64,000 bases of DNA. Origin: Escherichia coli. GTDB taxonomy: Bacteria; Pseudomonadota; Gammaproteobacteria; Enterobacterales; Enterobacteriaceae. The position numbers and the translations under genes were made by a program. Under the pieces are notes generated by a model. The model was given only the letters and a program-made list of their open reading frames with translations. It did no database searches and was not told where the DNA came from. Shown piece after piece: positions 41,820 through 52,425 of the stretch. Where the stretch lies: the NCBI RefSeq assembly GCF_002854065.1, contig NZ_CP024147.1. One strand, written 5' to 3'. How positions within the stretch are numbered: the first letter of the stretch is position 1; each line of letters opens with the position of its first letter.

Positions 41820-43139
41820 ATGATGTCAGGAGAACACACGTTAAAAGCGGTACGAGGCAGTTTTATTGATGTCACCCGTACGGTCGATAACCCGGAAGAG
41901 ATTGCCTCTGCGCTGCGGTTTATTGAGGATGGTTTATTACTCATTAAACAGGGAAAAGTGGAATGGTTTGGCGAATGGGAAAACGGAAAGCATCAAATTC
42001 CTGACACCATTCGCGTGCGCGACTATCGCGGCAAACTGATAGTACCGGGCTTTGTCGATACACATATCCATTATCCGCAAAGTGAAATGGTGGGGGCCTA
42101 TGGTGAGCAATTGCTGGAGTGGTTGAATAAACACACCTTCCCTACTGAACGTCGTTATGAGGATTTAGAGTACGCCCGCGAAATGTCGGCGTTCTTCATC
42201 AAGCAGCTTTTACGTAACGGAACCACCACGGCGCTGGTGTTTGGCACTGTTCATCCGCAATCCGTTGATGCGCTGTTTGAAGCCGCCAGTCATATCAATA
42301 TGCGTATGATTGCCGGTAAGGTGATGATGGACCGTAACGCACCGGATTATCTGCTCGACACTGCCGAAAGCAGCTATCACCAAAGCAAAGAACTGATTGA
42401 ACGCTGGCACAAAAATGGTCGTCTGCTATATGCGATTACACCACGCTTCGCCCCTACTTCTTCTCCTGAACAGATGGCGATGGCGCAACGCCTGAAAGAG
42501 GAATATCCGGATACGTGGGTACATACCCATCTCTGTGAAAACAAAGATGAAATTGCCTGGGTGAAATCGCTTTATCCTGACCATGATGGTTATCTGGATG
42601 TTTACCATCAGTACGGCCTGACCGGTAAAAACTGTGTCTTTGCTCACTGCGTCCATCTCGAAGAAAAAGAGTGGGATCGTCTCAGCGAAACCAAATCCAG
42701 CATTGCTTTCTGTCCGACCTCCAACCTTTACCTCGGCAGCGGCTTATTCAACTTGAAAAAAGCATGGCAGAAGAAAGTCAAAGTGGGCATGGGAACGGAT
42801 ATCGGTGCCGGAACCACTTTCAACATGCTGCAAACGCTGAACGAAGCCTACAAAGTGTTGCAATTACAAGGCTATCGCCTCTCGGCATATGAAGCGTTTT
42901 ACCTGGCCACGCTCGGCGGAGCGAAATCTCTGGGCCTTGACGATTTGATTGGCAACTTTTTACCTGGCAAAGAGGCTGATTTCGTGGTGATGGAACCCAC
43001 CGCCACTCCGCTACAGCAGCTGCGCTATGACAACTCTGTTTCTTTAGTCGACAAATTGTTCGTGATGATGACGTTGGGCGATGACCGTTCGATCTACCGC
43101 ACCTACGTTGATGGTCGTCTGGTGTACGAACGCAACTAA
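41820..43139 (+). CDS. guaD: Guanine deaminase
   Basis: 439-aa ORF from MMSGEHTLKAVRGSF with the metal-binding HxH motif (GFVDTHIHYPQ); the track extension overlaps the xanQ 3' end. Confidence 0.92.
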   Translation: MMSGEHTLKAVRGSFIDVTRTVDNPEEIASALRFIEDGLLLIKQGKVEWFGEWENGKHQIPDTIRVRDYRGKLIVPGFVDTHIHYPQSEMVGAYGEQLLEWLNKHTFPTERRYEDLEYAREMSAFFIKQLLRNGTTTALVFGTVHPQSVDALFEAASHINMRMIAGKVMMDRNAPDYLLDTAESSYHQSKELIERWHKNGRLLYAITPRFAPTSSPEQMAMAQRLKEEYPDTWVHTHLCENKDEIAWVKSLYPDHDGYLDVYHQYGLTGKNCVFAHCVHLEEKEWDRLSETKSSIAFCPTSNLYLGSGLFNLKKAWQKKVKVGMGTDIGAGTTFNMLQTLNEAYKVLQLQGYRLSAYEAFYLATLGGAKSLGLDDLIGNFLPGKEADFVVMEPTATPLQQLRYDNSVSLVDKLFVMMTLGDDRSIYRTYVDGRLVYERN

Positions 43140-43174
43140 TAATAAAACTTTAACATCCTCGTGAGGACATCATT

Positions 43175-44542
43175 ATGTCTGGAGACATCCTACAAACACC
43201 GGACGCACCAAAGCCACAGGGCGCGCTGGATAATTATTTTAAAATTACCGCTCGTGGCAGTACCGTTCGTCAGGAAGTACTGGCTGGCTTAACGACCTTT
43301 CTGGCTATGGTTTATTCCGTTATCGTCGTTCCGGGAATGCTGGGCAAAGCAGGTTTTCCTCCCGCAGCTGTGTTTGTTGCCACCTGTCTGGTCGCGGGCT
43401 TCGGCTCGTTGCTGATGGGATTATGGGCCAATTTGCCAATGGCGATTGGTTGCGCGATTTCCTTGACGGCGTTTACCGCATTCAGTCTGGTACTCGGGCA
43501 ACAAATTAGCGTTCCTGTCGCACTGGGCGCGGTATTTCTGATGGGCGTCATCTTCACCGCCATTTCCGTAACCGGTGTGCGTACCTGGATCTTACGTAAT
43601 TTGCCGATGGGTATCGCTCACGGTACAGGTATCGGTATCGGGCTGTTTCTGCTGCTGATTGCTGCTAACGGTGTGGGTATGGTTATCAAAAACCCGATTG
43701 AAGGCTTGCCAGTGGCGCTCGGTGCGTTTACCTCCTTCCCGGTGATGATGAGCTTGCTGGGGCTGGCGGTCATCTTCGGTCTGGAGAAGTGTCGCGTACC
43801 CGGCGGGATCTTGTTGGTGATTATTGCAATTTCGATCATCGGCTTAATCTTTGACCCAGCGGTGAAATACCACGGTCTGGTGGCGATGCCAAGCCTGACT
43901 GGCGAAGATGGTAAGTCTCTGATTTTCAGCCTCGATATTATGGGCGCACTCCAGCCAACTGTACTTCCGAGTGTACTGGCATTGGTGATGACCGCAGTGT
44001 TCGACGCTACTGGCACCATCCGTGCCGTCGCCGGTCAGGCGAATTTGTTGGATAAAGACAACCAGATCATCAACGGCGGCAAAGCCCTGACCAGTGACTC
44101 TGTAAGTTCAATATTCTCCGGCCTGGTGGGCGCAGCGCCCGCAGCGGTTTATATCGAATCAGCGGCAGGAACCGCCGCCGGGGGTAAAACAGGGTTAACC
44201 GCAACCGTAGTGGGGGCGTTATTCCTGCTGATTCTGTTCTTATCACCGCTGTCATTTTTGATCCCTGGTTACGCCACTGCACCCGCTCTGATGTACGTAG
44301 GTTTGCTGATGTTAAGTAACGTCTCGAAGCTGGATTTCAATGATTTTATTGACGCTATGGCTGGCCTGGTGTGTGCCGTGTTCATCGTTCTGACTTGTAA
44401 TATCGTTACCGGTATCATGCTGGGCTTTGTGACACTGGTCGTAGGCCGCGTCTTTGCACGCGAATGGCAAAAGCTGAATATTGGTACGGTGATCATTACT
44501 GCCGCACTGGTCGCATTTTACGCGGGTGGTTGGGCAATCTAA
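43175..44542 (+). CDS. ghxQ: Guanine/hypoxanthine permease (NCS2 family)
   Basis: 455-aa polytopic membrane ORF; K-12 synonym ygfQ. Confidence 0.9.
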   Translation: MSGDILQTPDAPKPQGALDNYFKITARGSTVRQEVLAGLTTFLAMVYSVIVVPGMLGKAGFPPAAVFVATCLVAGFGSLLMGLWANLPMAIGCAISLTAFTAFSLVLGQQISVPVALGAVFLMGVIFTAISVTGVRTWILRNLPMGIAHGTGIGIGLFLLLIAANGVGMVIKNPIEGLPVALGAFTSFPVMMSLLGLAVIFGLEKCRVPGGILLVIIAISIIGLIFDPAVKYHGLVAMPSLTGEDGKSLIFSLDIMGALQPTVLPSVLALVMTAVFDATGTIRAVAGQANLLDKDNQIINGGKALTSDSVSSIFSGLVGAAPAAVYIESAAGTAAGGKTGLTATVVGALFLLILFLSPLSFLIPGYATAPALMYVGLLMLSNVSKLDFNDFIDAMAGLVCAVFIVLTCNIVTGIMLGFVTLVVGRVFAREWQKLNIGTVIITAALVAFYAGGWAI

Positions 44543-44547
44543 TAGAT

Positions 44548-44577
44548 TCTCCGCGCCTTTCAGCGCGGAGATTTCTT
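44548..44577 (+). terminator. Intrinsic terminator downstream of ghxQ
   Basis: 9-bp stem TCTCCGCGC/GCGCGGAGA, then TTTCTTT; abuts the convergent ygfS stop. Confidence 0.65.
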
Positions 44578-45069
44578 TCACAGAGGATTCTCACCGCTGG
44601 CAACAATACGCTGCTGGCGGACTCGCCTGAGTTCTCTTTCAGTAAGCAACTGCAGCGCCTGTGTTGGGCAAGATTCAACGCAGGCTGGCCCCTCTTCCCG
44701 CTGTTCACAGAGATCGCATTTCACGATTTGTTGCCGGGTATCCCCCGGCAGCGACTGAATGGTGATCATTCCAAACGGGCACGCACTGACGCAACTCTGA
44801 CAGCCAATACAACGGGCAGAATTGGTCTGCACCACCTGCTCGCCCATCGTCAGCGCCCCCACGGGGCAAGCGCCAACACAAGGGGCGTTTTCACATTGGT
44901 GGCACATCACCGGCGCACTGATGCAGTCCAGTCGCTGTACCTTCAGCCGGGGTAAAAAGATATCGGCATTCAACTCCTGTTCTGAAGGGTGAGCGACCAC
45001 ACAGGCCACTTCACAAGTACGGCAGCCAATACAGTCAGCCGGATTAACGATAATTAACGATTTCATCAC
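44578..45069 (-). CDS. ygfS: 4Fe-4S ferredoxin-type protein
   Basis: 163-aa ORF with four CxxCxxCxxxCP-type clusters. Confidence 0.9.
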   Translation of the reverse strand: MMKSLIIVNPADCIGCRTCEVACVVAHPSEQELNADIFLPRLKVQRLDCISAPVMCHQCENAPCVGACPVGALTMGEQVVQTNSARCIGCQSCVSACPFGMITIQSLPGDTRQQIVKCDLCEQREEGPACVESCPTQALQLLTERELRRVRQQRIVASGENPL

Positions 45070-46985
45070 GATGCCTTCGTATCAAACAGAGTTAACATAT
45101 CGCGCGCCGCCTGCCTTCCTGCGGCCATGGCAGTGACAACCAGATCCGCGCCATGAACTGCATCCCCACCAGCAAAGACTTTTTTCAGATGCGTCTGGGT
45201 AGGTAAATACCCAACGTCGCCGGTTTGAATCAGGCCCCATTTATCGAGTTTAATTCCGCTGCCCTGCAACCACGGCATGGCATGCGCCTGGAAACCAAAG
45301 GCCATAATGAGAACATCGGCGGGCAATTCAAACTCTGAACCCGCAACCGGACGAGGACGACGGCGACCATCCGGCCCCGGCTCACCCATGGCGGTACGAA
45401 TCAGGCCCACCGCAGTTAAACGCCCATCTTCGTCACAAGCGATATATTGCGGCTGAACATTGAATTGAAACTCGACACCTTCCTCGCGCGCATTGACCAC
45501 CTCTTTGCGCGAGCCCGGCATACTGACTTCATCACGACGATACGCGCAGGTCACGCTGGCGGCATTGAGGCGGATGGAAGTCCGCAAACAATCCATTGTC
45601 GTATCGCCACCGCCCAATACCACGACTCGCTTACCTTCCACGTCCGTCAGCGGATACTCTTCAGACTCCGGCAATCCCATGAGCTGGCGGGTATGGGCAG
45701 TCAGGAACGGTAGAGCCTGAATGACACCGGGCGCATCTTCATGCGGCAGATCTGCTCGCATCATCCCGTAAGTCCCCACGCCGATGAAAACTGCATCATA
45801 TTCAGAAGTTAAATCGCTAAAGGTAATATCGCGGCCAATTTCACAGTTAAGATGAAAGTCGATTCCCATTGCGGTGAATATCTCTCGCCGCTGGCTTAAT
45901 ACCGTTTTATCGAGTTTGAAAGGAGGTATGCCAAAAGTCAGCATACCGCCAATTTCTGGATGGCGATCAAAGACATCAACCTGAACTCCTGCGCGCGCCA
46001 GAATATCAGCACACCCTAACCCTGCTGGTCCAGCGCCAATCACCGCCACTTTTTCGCTACGGGGAACAACTTTGCTGACATCGGGACGCCAGCCCATCGC
46101 CAGCGCGGTATCGGTGATGTAGCGTTCCAGATTACCGATAGAGACTGCGCCAGAGTGATCTTTCAAAGTACATGCGCCTTCACAAAGACGGTCCTGTGGA
46201 CATACCCTGCCGCAGATTTCTGGTAAGGAACTGGTCTGGTGGCAAAGTTCTGCCGCTTCAATAATCTTTCCTTCCTGTACCAGACGGATGTAATCCGGAA
46301 TAGCGTTATGCAGCGGGCAATGCCAGTTGCAGTTAGCTTTTTCGGCACAATAAACACAGCGGTCACTCTCATAAGTCGCTTGTTGTGGATCCAGCCCGCA
46401 ATAGATTTCGCCAAAGTGGTTTTTCCGTTCACTTGCTGAAATTTTATCTGCGCCTTTACGCGAGTTAACGGGGAGCAACGCTGCACTGCGAGATGGCTGA
46501 GCGTCTGATGACGCTTTTCCTGCTGCCGTTTTGCGCTGGCGGGCCACCTTTATCTGCTGTAACCCTTTATCGTCCATCAGTCGTAACGCCTGTGTTGGGC
46601 AAACTTCAATACAGGCTTGCGTGCCGGAACTGCGCTGTTTACAAAGGTCGCATTTCTGCGCAATCGTATCGACCATCTCAACGACGCCAAAGGGGCAAGC
46701 GATTGCGCATCTTTTACAACCAATACATTTTTGCTCGTCCAGTTGTACGCTATCGGACTGGAAAGTCAGAGCATTAACCGGACAAGCCGTAACGCAAGGG
46801 GCATTGTTGCAGTGATGGCAGGCCACCGGATTCGCAGCCAGGCCTTTCCCTACAACGTGGATACGTGGTCGAAAGTCACTGTGACTCAGCGGCCAGTTTT
46901 CTTGATTGTGTGCCACCGCACAGGCAATTTCACAAGCATGACAGCCTATACATTCCGCAGCTTCAGCAGCGATAAACTTATTCAT
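45066..46985 (-). CDS. ygfT: Fused Fe-S / FAD-NAD(P) pyridine nucleotide-disulfide oxidoreductase (GltD-like)
   Basis: 639-aa product from [15 protein letters not shown]; N-terminal ferredoxin Cys clusters and dinucleotide-binding motif ([12 protein letters not shown]); the track ORF has 5 extra N-terminal codons. Confidence 0.9.
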   Translation of the reverse strand: MNKFIAAEAAECIGCHACEIACAVAHNQENWPLSHSDFRPRIHVVGKGLAANPVACHHCNNAPCVTACPVNALTFQSDSVQLDEQKCIGCKRCAIACPFGVVEMVDTIAQKCDLCKQRSSGTQACIEVCPTQALRLMDDKGLQQIKVARQRKTAAGKASSDAQPSRSAALLPVNSRKGADKISASERKNHFGEIYCGLDPQQATYESDRCVYCAEKANCNWHCPLHNAIPDYIRLVQEGKIIEAAELCHQTSSLPEICGRVCPQDRLCEGACTLKDHSGAVSIGNLERYITDTALAMGWRPDVSKVVPRSEKVAVIGAGPAGLGCADILARAGVQVDVFDRHPEIGGMLTFGIPPFKLDKTVLSQRREIFTAMGIDFHLNCEIGRDITFSDLTSEYDAVFIGVGTYGMMRADLPHEDAPGVIQALPFLTAHTRQLMGLPESEEYPLTDVEGKRVVVLGGGDTTMDCLRTSIRLNAASVTCAYRRDEVSMPGSRKEVVNAREEGVEFQFNVQPQYIACDEDGRLTAVGLIRTAMGEPGPDGRRRPRPVAGSEFELPADVLIMAFGFQAHAMPWLQGSGIKLDKWGLIQTGDVGYLPTQTHLKKVFAGGDAVHGADLVVTAMAAGRQAARDMLTLFDTKAS

Positions 46986-47336
46986 TTGCATCCCTTTCAT
47001 TTAATGAGTTATGTCTTCTCAAATTTCGCGATGCAATAAACGGGCATATATTAGGTAGCATGACCGTTTTAATTATAATTTTGCGACTGAGTTCAAATTA
47101 TTGCCCCTCAATCTATGCCGCTTTCATTATTTCAACATTGCCGATCAAAAGAGCGCTATCCAGATAAAAACGATTAAATGCGAGAGTGCGACATGCCAGA
47201 ATGATTAATGAAATATCAATATGAGAAAATTACAGATAATTCCATTGTCAGGTTCTCTTGTCATTTTCGTGGTTTAAGCACGATTATGTGATTGCCTCCG
47301 CAATTCCTGTCTCTAACTCCCCTTCCTCGCAAAAAC

Positions 47337-47352
47337 TGGCACTCCACGAGCA
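47337..47352 (+). promoter_or_regulatory. Candidate sigma-54 promoter upstream of uacT
   Basis: TGGCACTCCACGAGCA: perfect -24 TGGCAC, GC at canonical -12 spacing; about 70 bp upstream of the uacT start. Confidence 0.45.
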
Positions 47353-47420
47353 TGTGTTTAGACAGTTTCATTAACGTAAACGGTTGCTTTTTACTCTGGC
47401 GGGCGAAAGGAGAAACACTG

Positions 47421-48869
47421 ATGAGCGCCATAGATTCCCAACTTCCCTCATCTTCTGGGCAAGACCGCCCAACTGATGAGGTTGACCGCATATTATCACC
47501 AGGAAAGCTGATCATACTCGGTCTGCAACACGTCCTTGTCATGTACGCAGGTGCAGTCGCTGTTCCTCTTATGATTGGTGACCGACTGGGCCTCTCAAAA
47601 GAAGCTATTGCGATGCTCATTAGCTCGGATCTCTTTTGCTGCGGGATCGTCACATTATTGCAATGTATCGGTATCGGCCGCTTTATGGGGATCCGCCTGC
47701 CGGTGATTATGTCGGTGACCTTTGCTGCTGTAACACCAATGATAGCCATTGGGATGAACCCGGATATCGGCCTGCTGGGGATATTTGGTGCCACTATCGC
47801 CGCGGGTTTTATCACCACATTATTAGCGCCACTTATCGGTCGCTTGATGCCTTTATTCCCGCCACTGGTTACCGGTGTGGTTATTACTTCTATCGGACTT
47901 AGCATCATTCAGGTGGGTATTGACTGGGCCGCCGGAGGTAAAGGGAATCCGCAATATGGTAATCCCGTTTATTTAGGTATCTCCTTTGCCGTCTTAATTT
48001 TTATCTTGCTCATTACTCGCTATGCGAAAGGATTTATGTCCAACGTCGCCGTATTACTGGGGATTGTATTTGGCTTTTTACTTTCGTGGATGATGAATGA
48101 AGTCAATTTATCCGGGCTACATGATGCCTCGTGGTTTGCGATTGTTACGCCGATGTCGTTTGGTATGCCGATTTTCGATCCCGTTTCCATTCTGACCATG
48201 ACTGCCGTGTTAATCATCGTGTTTATCGAGTCGATGGGGATGTTCCTGGCACTGGGTGAAATAGTCGGTCGTAAACTCTCTTCGCACGATATTATTCGCG
48301 GGCTGCGTGTCGATGGCGTAGGGACAATGATAGGCGGAACGTTTAACAGCTTCCCCCATACGTCATTTTCTCAAAACGTTGGCCTGGTTAGCGTGACGCG
48401 CGTTCATAGCCGCTGGGTGTGTATTTCTTCGGGAATTATATTAATCCTGTTTGGCATGGTGCCAAAAATGGCGGTGCTGGTAGCCTCCATTCCGCAATTT
48501 GTGCTGGGCGGCGCTGGTCTGGTGATGTTCGGCATGGTACTGGCGACAGGGATTCGAATTCTGTCGAGCTGTAACTACACCACCAACCGTTACAACCTCT
48601 ATATTGTGGCGATCAGTCTCGGCGTTGGCATGACTCCGACGCTCTCTCACGATTTCTTTTCTAAGTTACCGGCCGTACTGCAACCGCTGCTACATAGCGG
48701 CATTATGCTCGCAACCCTTAGCGCCGTTGTGCTGAATGTCTTCTTTAATGGCTATCAGCATCATGCTGACCTGGTGAAGGAATCCGTCTCTGATAAAGAT
48801 TTAAAAGTCAGGACAGTACGTATGTGGCTTCTGATGCGCAAGCTGAAGAAAAATGAGCATGGAGAATAA
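47421..48869 (+). CDS. uacT: Uric acid:H+ symporter (NCS2/NAT family)
   Basis: 482-aa ORF from MSAIDSQLPSSSGQDRPTDE with AAAGGAG Shine-Dalgarno; the track ORF starts 43 codons upstream at a TTG. Confidence 0.92.
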   Translation: MSAIDSQLPSSSGQDRPTDEVDRILSPGKLIILGLQHVLVMYAGAVAVPLMIGDRLGLSKEAIAMLISSDLFCCGIVTLLQCIGIGRFMGIRLPVIMSVTFAAVTPMIAIGMNPDIGLLGIFGATIAAGFITTLLAPLIGRLMPLFPPLVTGVVITSIGLSIIQVGIDWAAGGKGNPQYGNPVYLGISFAVLIFILLITRYAKGFMSNVAVLLGIVFGFLLSWMMNEVNLSGLHDASWFAIVTPMSFGMPIFDPVSILTMTAVLIIVFIESMGMFLALGEIVGRKLSSHDIIRGLRVDGVGTMIGGTFNSFPHTSFSQNVGLVSVTRVHSRWVCISSGIILILFGMVPKMAVLVASIPQFVLGGAGLVMFGMVLATGIRILSSCNYTTNRYNLYIVAISLGVGMTPTLSHDFFSKLPAVLQPLLHSGIMLATLSAVVLNVFFNGYQHHADLVKESVSDKDLKVRTVRMWLLMRKLKKNEHGE

Positions 48870-48870
48870 T

Positions 48871-48996
48871 ATGAGTTTTTTAATGCGCGCTATATTCAGT
48901 CTGCTGTTGCTTTTTACTCTCTCTATTCCTGTCATTTCTGACTGTGTTGCAATGGCCATTGAAAGTCGCTTCAAATATATGATGCTACTTTTTTAA
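48871..48996 (+). CDS. yqfG: Small hydrophobic protein (41 aa), translationally coupled to uacT
   Basis: ATG 1 nt after the uacT stop, with GGAG 7 nt upstream; MSFLMRAIFSLLLLFTLSIPVISDCVAMAIESRFKYMMLLF; assignment to yqfG is tentative, from memory of a 41-aa K-12 small protein. Confidence 0.45.
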   Translation: MSFLMRAIFSLLLLFTLSIPVISDCVAMAIESRFKYMMLLF

Positions 48997-49118
48997 ATGG
49001 TTTTTACCTGTCGACATCCGCTCAAAACGGGCGGTTGTCGATAAACGCTCACTTGGTTAATCATTTCACTCTTCAATTATCTATAATGATGAGTGATCAG
49101 AATTACATGTGAGAAATT

Positions 49119-49667
49119 ATGCAAACGGAACACGTCATTTTATTGAATGCACAGGGAGTTCCCACGGGTACGCTGGAAAAGTATGCCGCACACACGGCAG
49201 ACACCCGCTTACATCTCGCGTTCTCCAGTTGGCTGTTTAATGCCAAAGGACAATTATTAGTTACCCGTCGCGCTCTGAGCAAAAAAGCATGGCCTGGCGT
49301 GTGGACTAACTCGGTTTGTGGGCACCCACAACTGGGAGAAAGCAACGAAGACGCGGTGATCCGCCGTTGCCGTTATGAGCTTGGCGTGGAAATTACGCCT
49401 CCTGAATCTATCTATCCTGACTTTCGCTATCGCGCCACCGATCCGAATGGCATTGTGGAAAATGAAGTGTGTCCGGTATTTGCCGCACGCACCACCAGTG
49501 CGTTACAGATCAACGATGATGAAGTGATGGATTATCAATGGTGTGATTTAGCTGATGTATTACGCGGTATTGATGCCACGCCATGGGCGTTCAGTCCGTG
49601 GATGGTGATGCAGGCGACAAATCGCGAAGCCAGAATACGATTATCTGCATTTACCCAGCTTAAATAA
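49119..49667 (+). CDS. idi: Isopentenyl-diphosphate delta-isomerase (Nudix fold)
   Basis: 182-aa ORF starting [25 protein letters not shown]. Confidence 0.95.
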   Translation: MQTEHVILLNAQGVPTGTLEKYAAHTADTRLHLAFSSWLFNAKGQLLVTRRALSKKAWPGVWTNSVCGHPQLGESNEDAVIRRCRYELGVEITPPESIYPDFRYRATDPNGIVENEVCPVFAARTTSALQINDDEVMDYQWCDLADVLRGIDATPWAFSPWMVMQATNREARIRLSAFTQLK

Positions 49668-49691
49668 AAAACCCCGACATTTGCCGGGGTT
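49662..49691 (-). terminator. Intrinsic terminator downstream of lysS
   Basis: Stem AACCCCG/CGGGGTT with 8-nt loop; on the minus strand followed by UUUUUAUUU; overlaps the idi stop. Confidence 0.65.
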
Positions 49692-49709
49692 GTGAGCATA
49701 ACGTAATGC

Positions 49710-51227
49710 TTATTTCACCGGACGCATCGCCGGGAACAGAATAACGTCGCGGATGGTATGGCTGTTGGTGAACAGCATTACCATACGGTCGATGCCAATC
49801 CCCAGACCTGCTGTCGGCGGTAAGCCATGTTCCAGTGCGGTAACGTAATCTTCATCGTAGAACATCGCTTCGTCGTCACCTGCGTCTTTCGCGGCAACCT
49901 GATCCAGGAAGCGTTGCGCCTGATCTTCCGCGTCATTCAGCTCGCTAAAGCCGTTACCGATTTCACGACCACCAATGAAGAACTCAAAGCGGTCTGTGAT
50001 TTCCGGGTTAACGTCGTTACGACGCGCCAGCGGAGAAACTTCTGCCGGATATTCAGTAATGAAGGTCGGCTGAATCAGATGTGCTTCTGCCACTTCTTCG
50101 AAGATCTCGGTAACGATACGGCCCAGACCCCAGCTCTTCTCAACGTGGATACCGATAGATTCAGCAATCGCTTTTGCAGAGTCGAAGTTGTCCAGATCCG
50201 CCATGTCGGTTTCCGGGCGATATTTCTTGATCGCTTCACGCATGGTCAGTTTTTCGAACGGTTTACCGAAGTCCAGCGTCACGTCGCCGTAGGTCACTTC
50301 CGTCTTACCGAGAATATCCTGTGCCAGAGTACGGAACAGCGATTCGGTCAGCTCAATCAGATCTTTGTAATCTGCGTAAGCCATATAGAGTTCCATCATG
50401 GTGAACTCTGGGTTATGACGTACGGAAATACCTTCGTTACGGAAGTTACGGTTGATTTCGAATACACGCTCGAATCCACCAACCACCAGACGCTTGAGGT
50501 ACAGTTCCGGCGCGATACGCAGGTACATGTCGAGATCCAGCGCGTTATGGTGGGTGATAAACGGACGCGCAGCGGCACCGCCTGGGATCACCTGCATCAT
50601 CGGCGTTTCAACTTCCATAAAGCCGCGGTTCACCATGAACTGGCGAATACCAGAGAGGATCTGCGAGCGCACTTTAAAGGTGTTACGGGATTCATCGTTA
50701 GAGATGAGATCCAGATAACGCTGACGATAGCGCGCTTCCTGATCCTGCAAGCCGTGGAATTTATCCGGCAGCGGACGCAGTGCTTTGGTCAGTAGACGCA
50801 GCTCGGTACAGTGGATAGACAGTTCGCCGGTTTTGGTTTTGAACAGTTTACCTTTCGCGCCGAGGATGTCGCCGAGGTCCCATTTTTTGAACTGCTCGTT
50901 GTAAACGCCTTCCGGCAGATCGTCACGGGCAACGTACAGCTGAATGCGACCGCCAACGTCCTGCAGGGTAACGAAAGACGCTTTACCCATAATACGACGG
51001 GTCATCATGCGGCCAGCAACGGCGACTTCGATGTTCAGCGCTTCCAGTTCTTCGTTCTCTTTGCCGTCGAATTCTGCGTGCAATTGGTCAGAGGTATGAT
51101 CGCGACGGAAATCGTTCGGGAAGGCAATCCCCTGCTCGCGCAGGTTCGCCAGCTTCTCACGACGCGTTTTCAGTTCATTGTTAAGATCGACTACCGCGTC
51201 AGCGCCCTGTGCGTGTTGTTCAGACAT
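49710..51227 (-). CDS. lysS: Lysyl-tRNA synthetase (class II)
   Basis: 505-aa ORF with class II aaRS motifs. Confidence 0.97.
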
Positions 51228-51236
51228 GTTGGTTCC

Positions 51237-52335
51237 TCATAACCCTGCTTTCAAACTTGCTTCGATAAATTGATCCAGGCTGCCGTCCAGCACGGCCTGC
51301 GTGTTGCGGGTTTCTACCCCGGTGCGCAGATCTTTAATGCGGGAGTCATCAAGGACATAAGAACGAATCTGGCTGCCCCAGCCGATGTCGGATTTGTTAT
51401 CTTCCATCGCCTGTTTCTCGGCATTTTTCTTCTGCATCTCCAGTTCATAAAGCTTCGCTTTCATCTGCTTCATGGCCTGGTCTTTGTTCTTGTGCTGGGA
51501 ACGGTCGTTCTGGCACTGGGTCACGATCCCGGTTGGGATGTGAGTAATACGCACCGCAGATTCGGTACGGTTAACGTGCTGACCGCCCGCGCCGGACGCG
51601 CGATAAACGTCAATGCGCAGATCCGCCGGGTTGATTTCGATATCAATATCGTCATCGACTTCCGGGTAAACAAACGCGGAGCTGAACGACGTATGGCGAC
51701 GACCGCCGGAGTCAAACGGGCTTTTACGCACCAGGCGGTGAACGCCGGTTTCTGTACGCAGCCAGCCGTAAGCGTAATCGCCGGAGATTTTGATAGTCAC
51801 GGATTTAATACCCGCCACTTCACCTTCCGACTCTTCGATGATTTCAGTTTTGAAACCACGCGATTCTGCCCAGCGCAGATACATACGCTCAAGCATGCTC
51901 GCCCAGTCCTGTGCTTCCGTACCGCCAGACCCCGCCTGAATATCGAGGTAGCAGTCGGCGCTGTCATATTCGCCAGAGAACATACGGCGGAACTCAAGCT
52001 GCGCTAGTTTTTCTTCCAGGGCGTCGAGTTCAGCAACGGCTTCGTTAAAGGTTTCTTCGTCGTTAGCTTCTACAGCCAGTTCCAGCAGACCAGAAACATC
52101 TTCCAGTCCCTGTTTCATTTGGTCGAGGGTGTCGACAACGGCTTCGAGGGAGGAACGCTCTTTACCCAGCGCCTGTGCGCGTTCGGGTTCGTTCCAGACA
52201 TCCGGCTGTTCCAGCTCGGCGTTTACTTCTTCCAGACGCTCTTTCTTGGCGTCGTAGTCAAAGATACCCCCTAAGAACGTCGGAGCGTTCCGTGAGGTCC
52301 TGAATGCGATTATTTACCGGATTAATTTCAAACAT
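51237..52335 (-). CDS. prfB: Peptide chain release factor 2, with programmed +1 frameshift
   Basis: Codons 1-25 at 52335-52261 (ATG ... AGG GGG TAT CTT) then in-frame TGA; a +1 shift at CTT-T (skipping 52260) joins the 1023-nt frame 52259-51237; GGQ motif in the product ([11 protein letters not shown]). Confidence 0.95.
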
Positions 52336-52425
52336 GGTCTGATTTCTTTTATTGAGCTAGTCAAAATGCGGTGATAAGAGCGGGATTGTACCCAATCCAC
52401 GCTCTTTTTTATAGAGAAGATGACG

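Noticed and set aside
49671-49691. Hairpin after idi as an idi terminator
   Set aside because: The U-tract is on the minus strand, so it is assigned to lysS; on the plus strand the hairpin is followed by GTGAGC, so idi termination here is at best weak.
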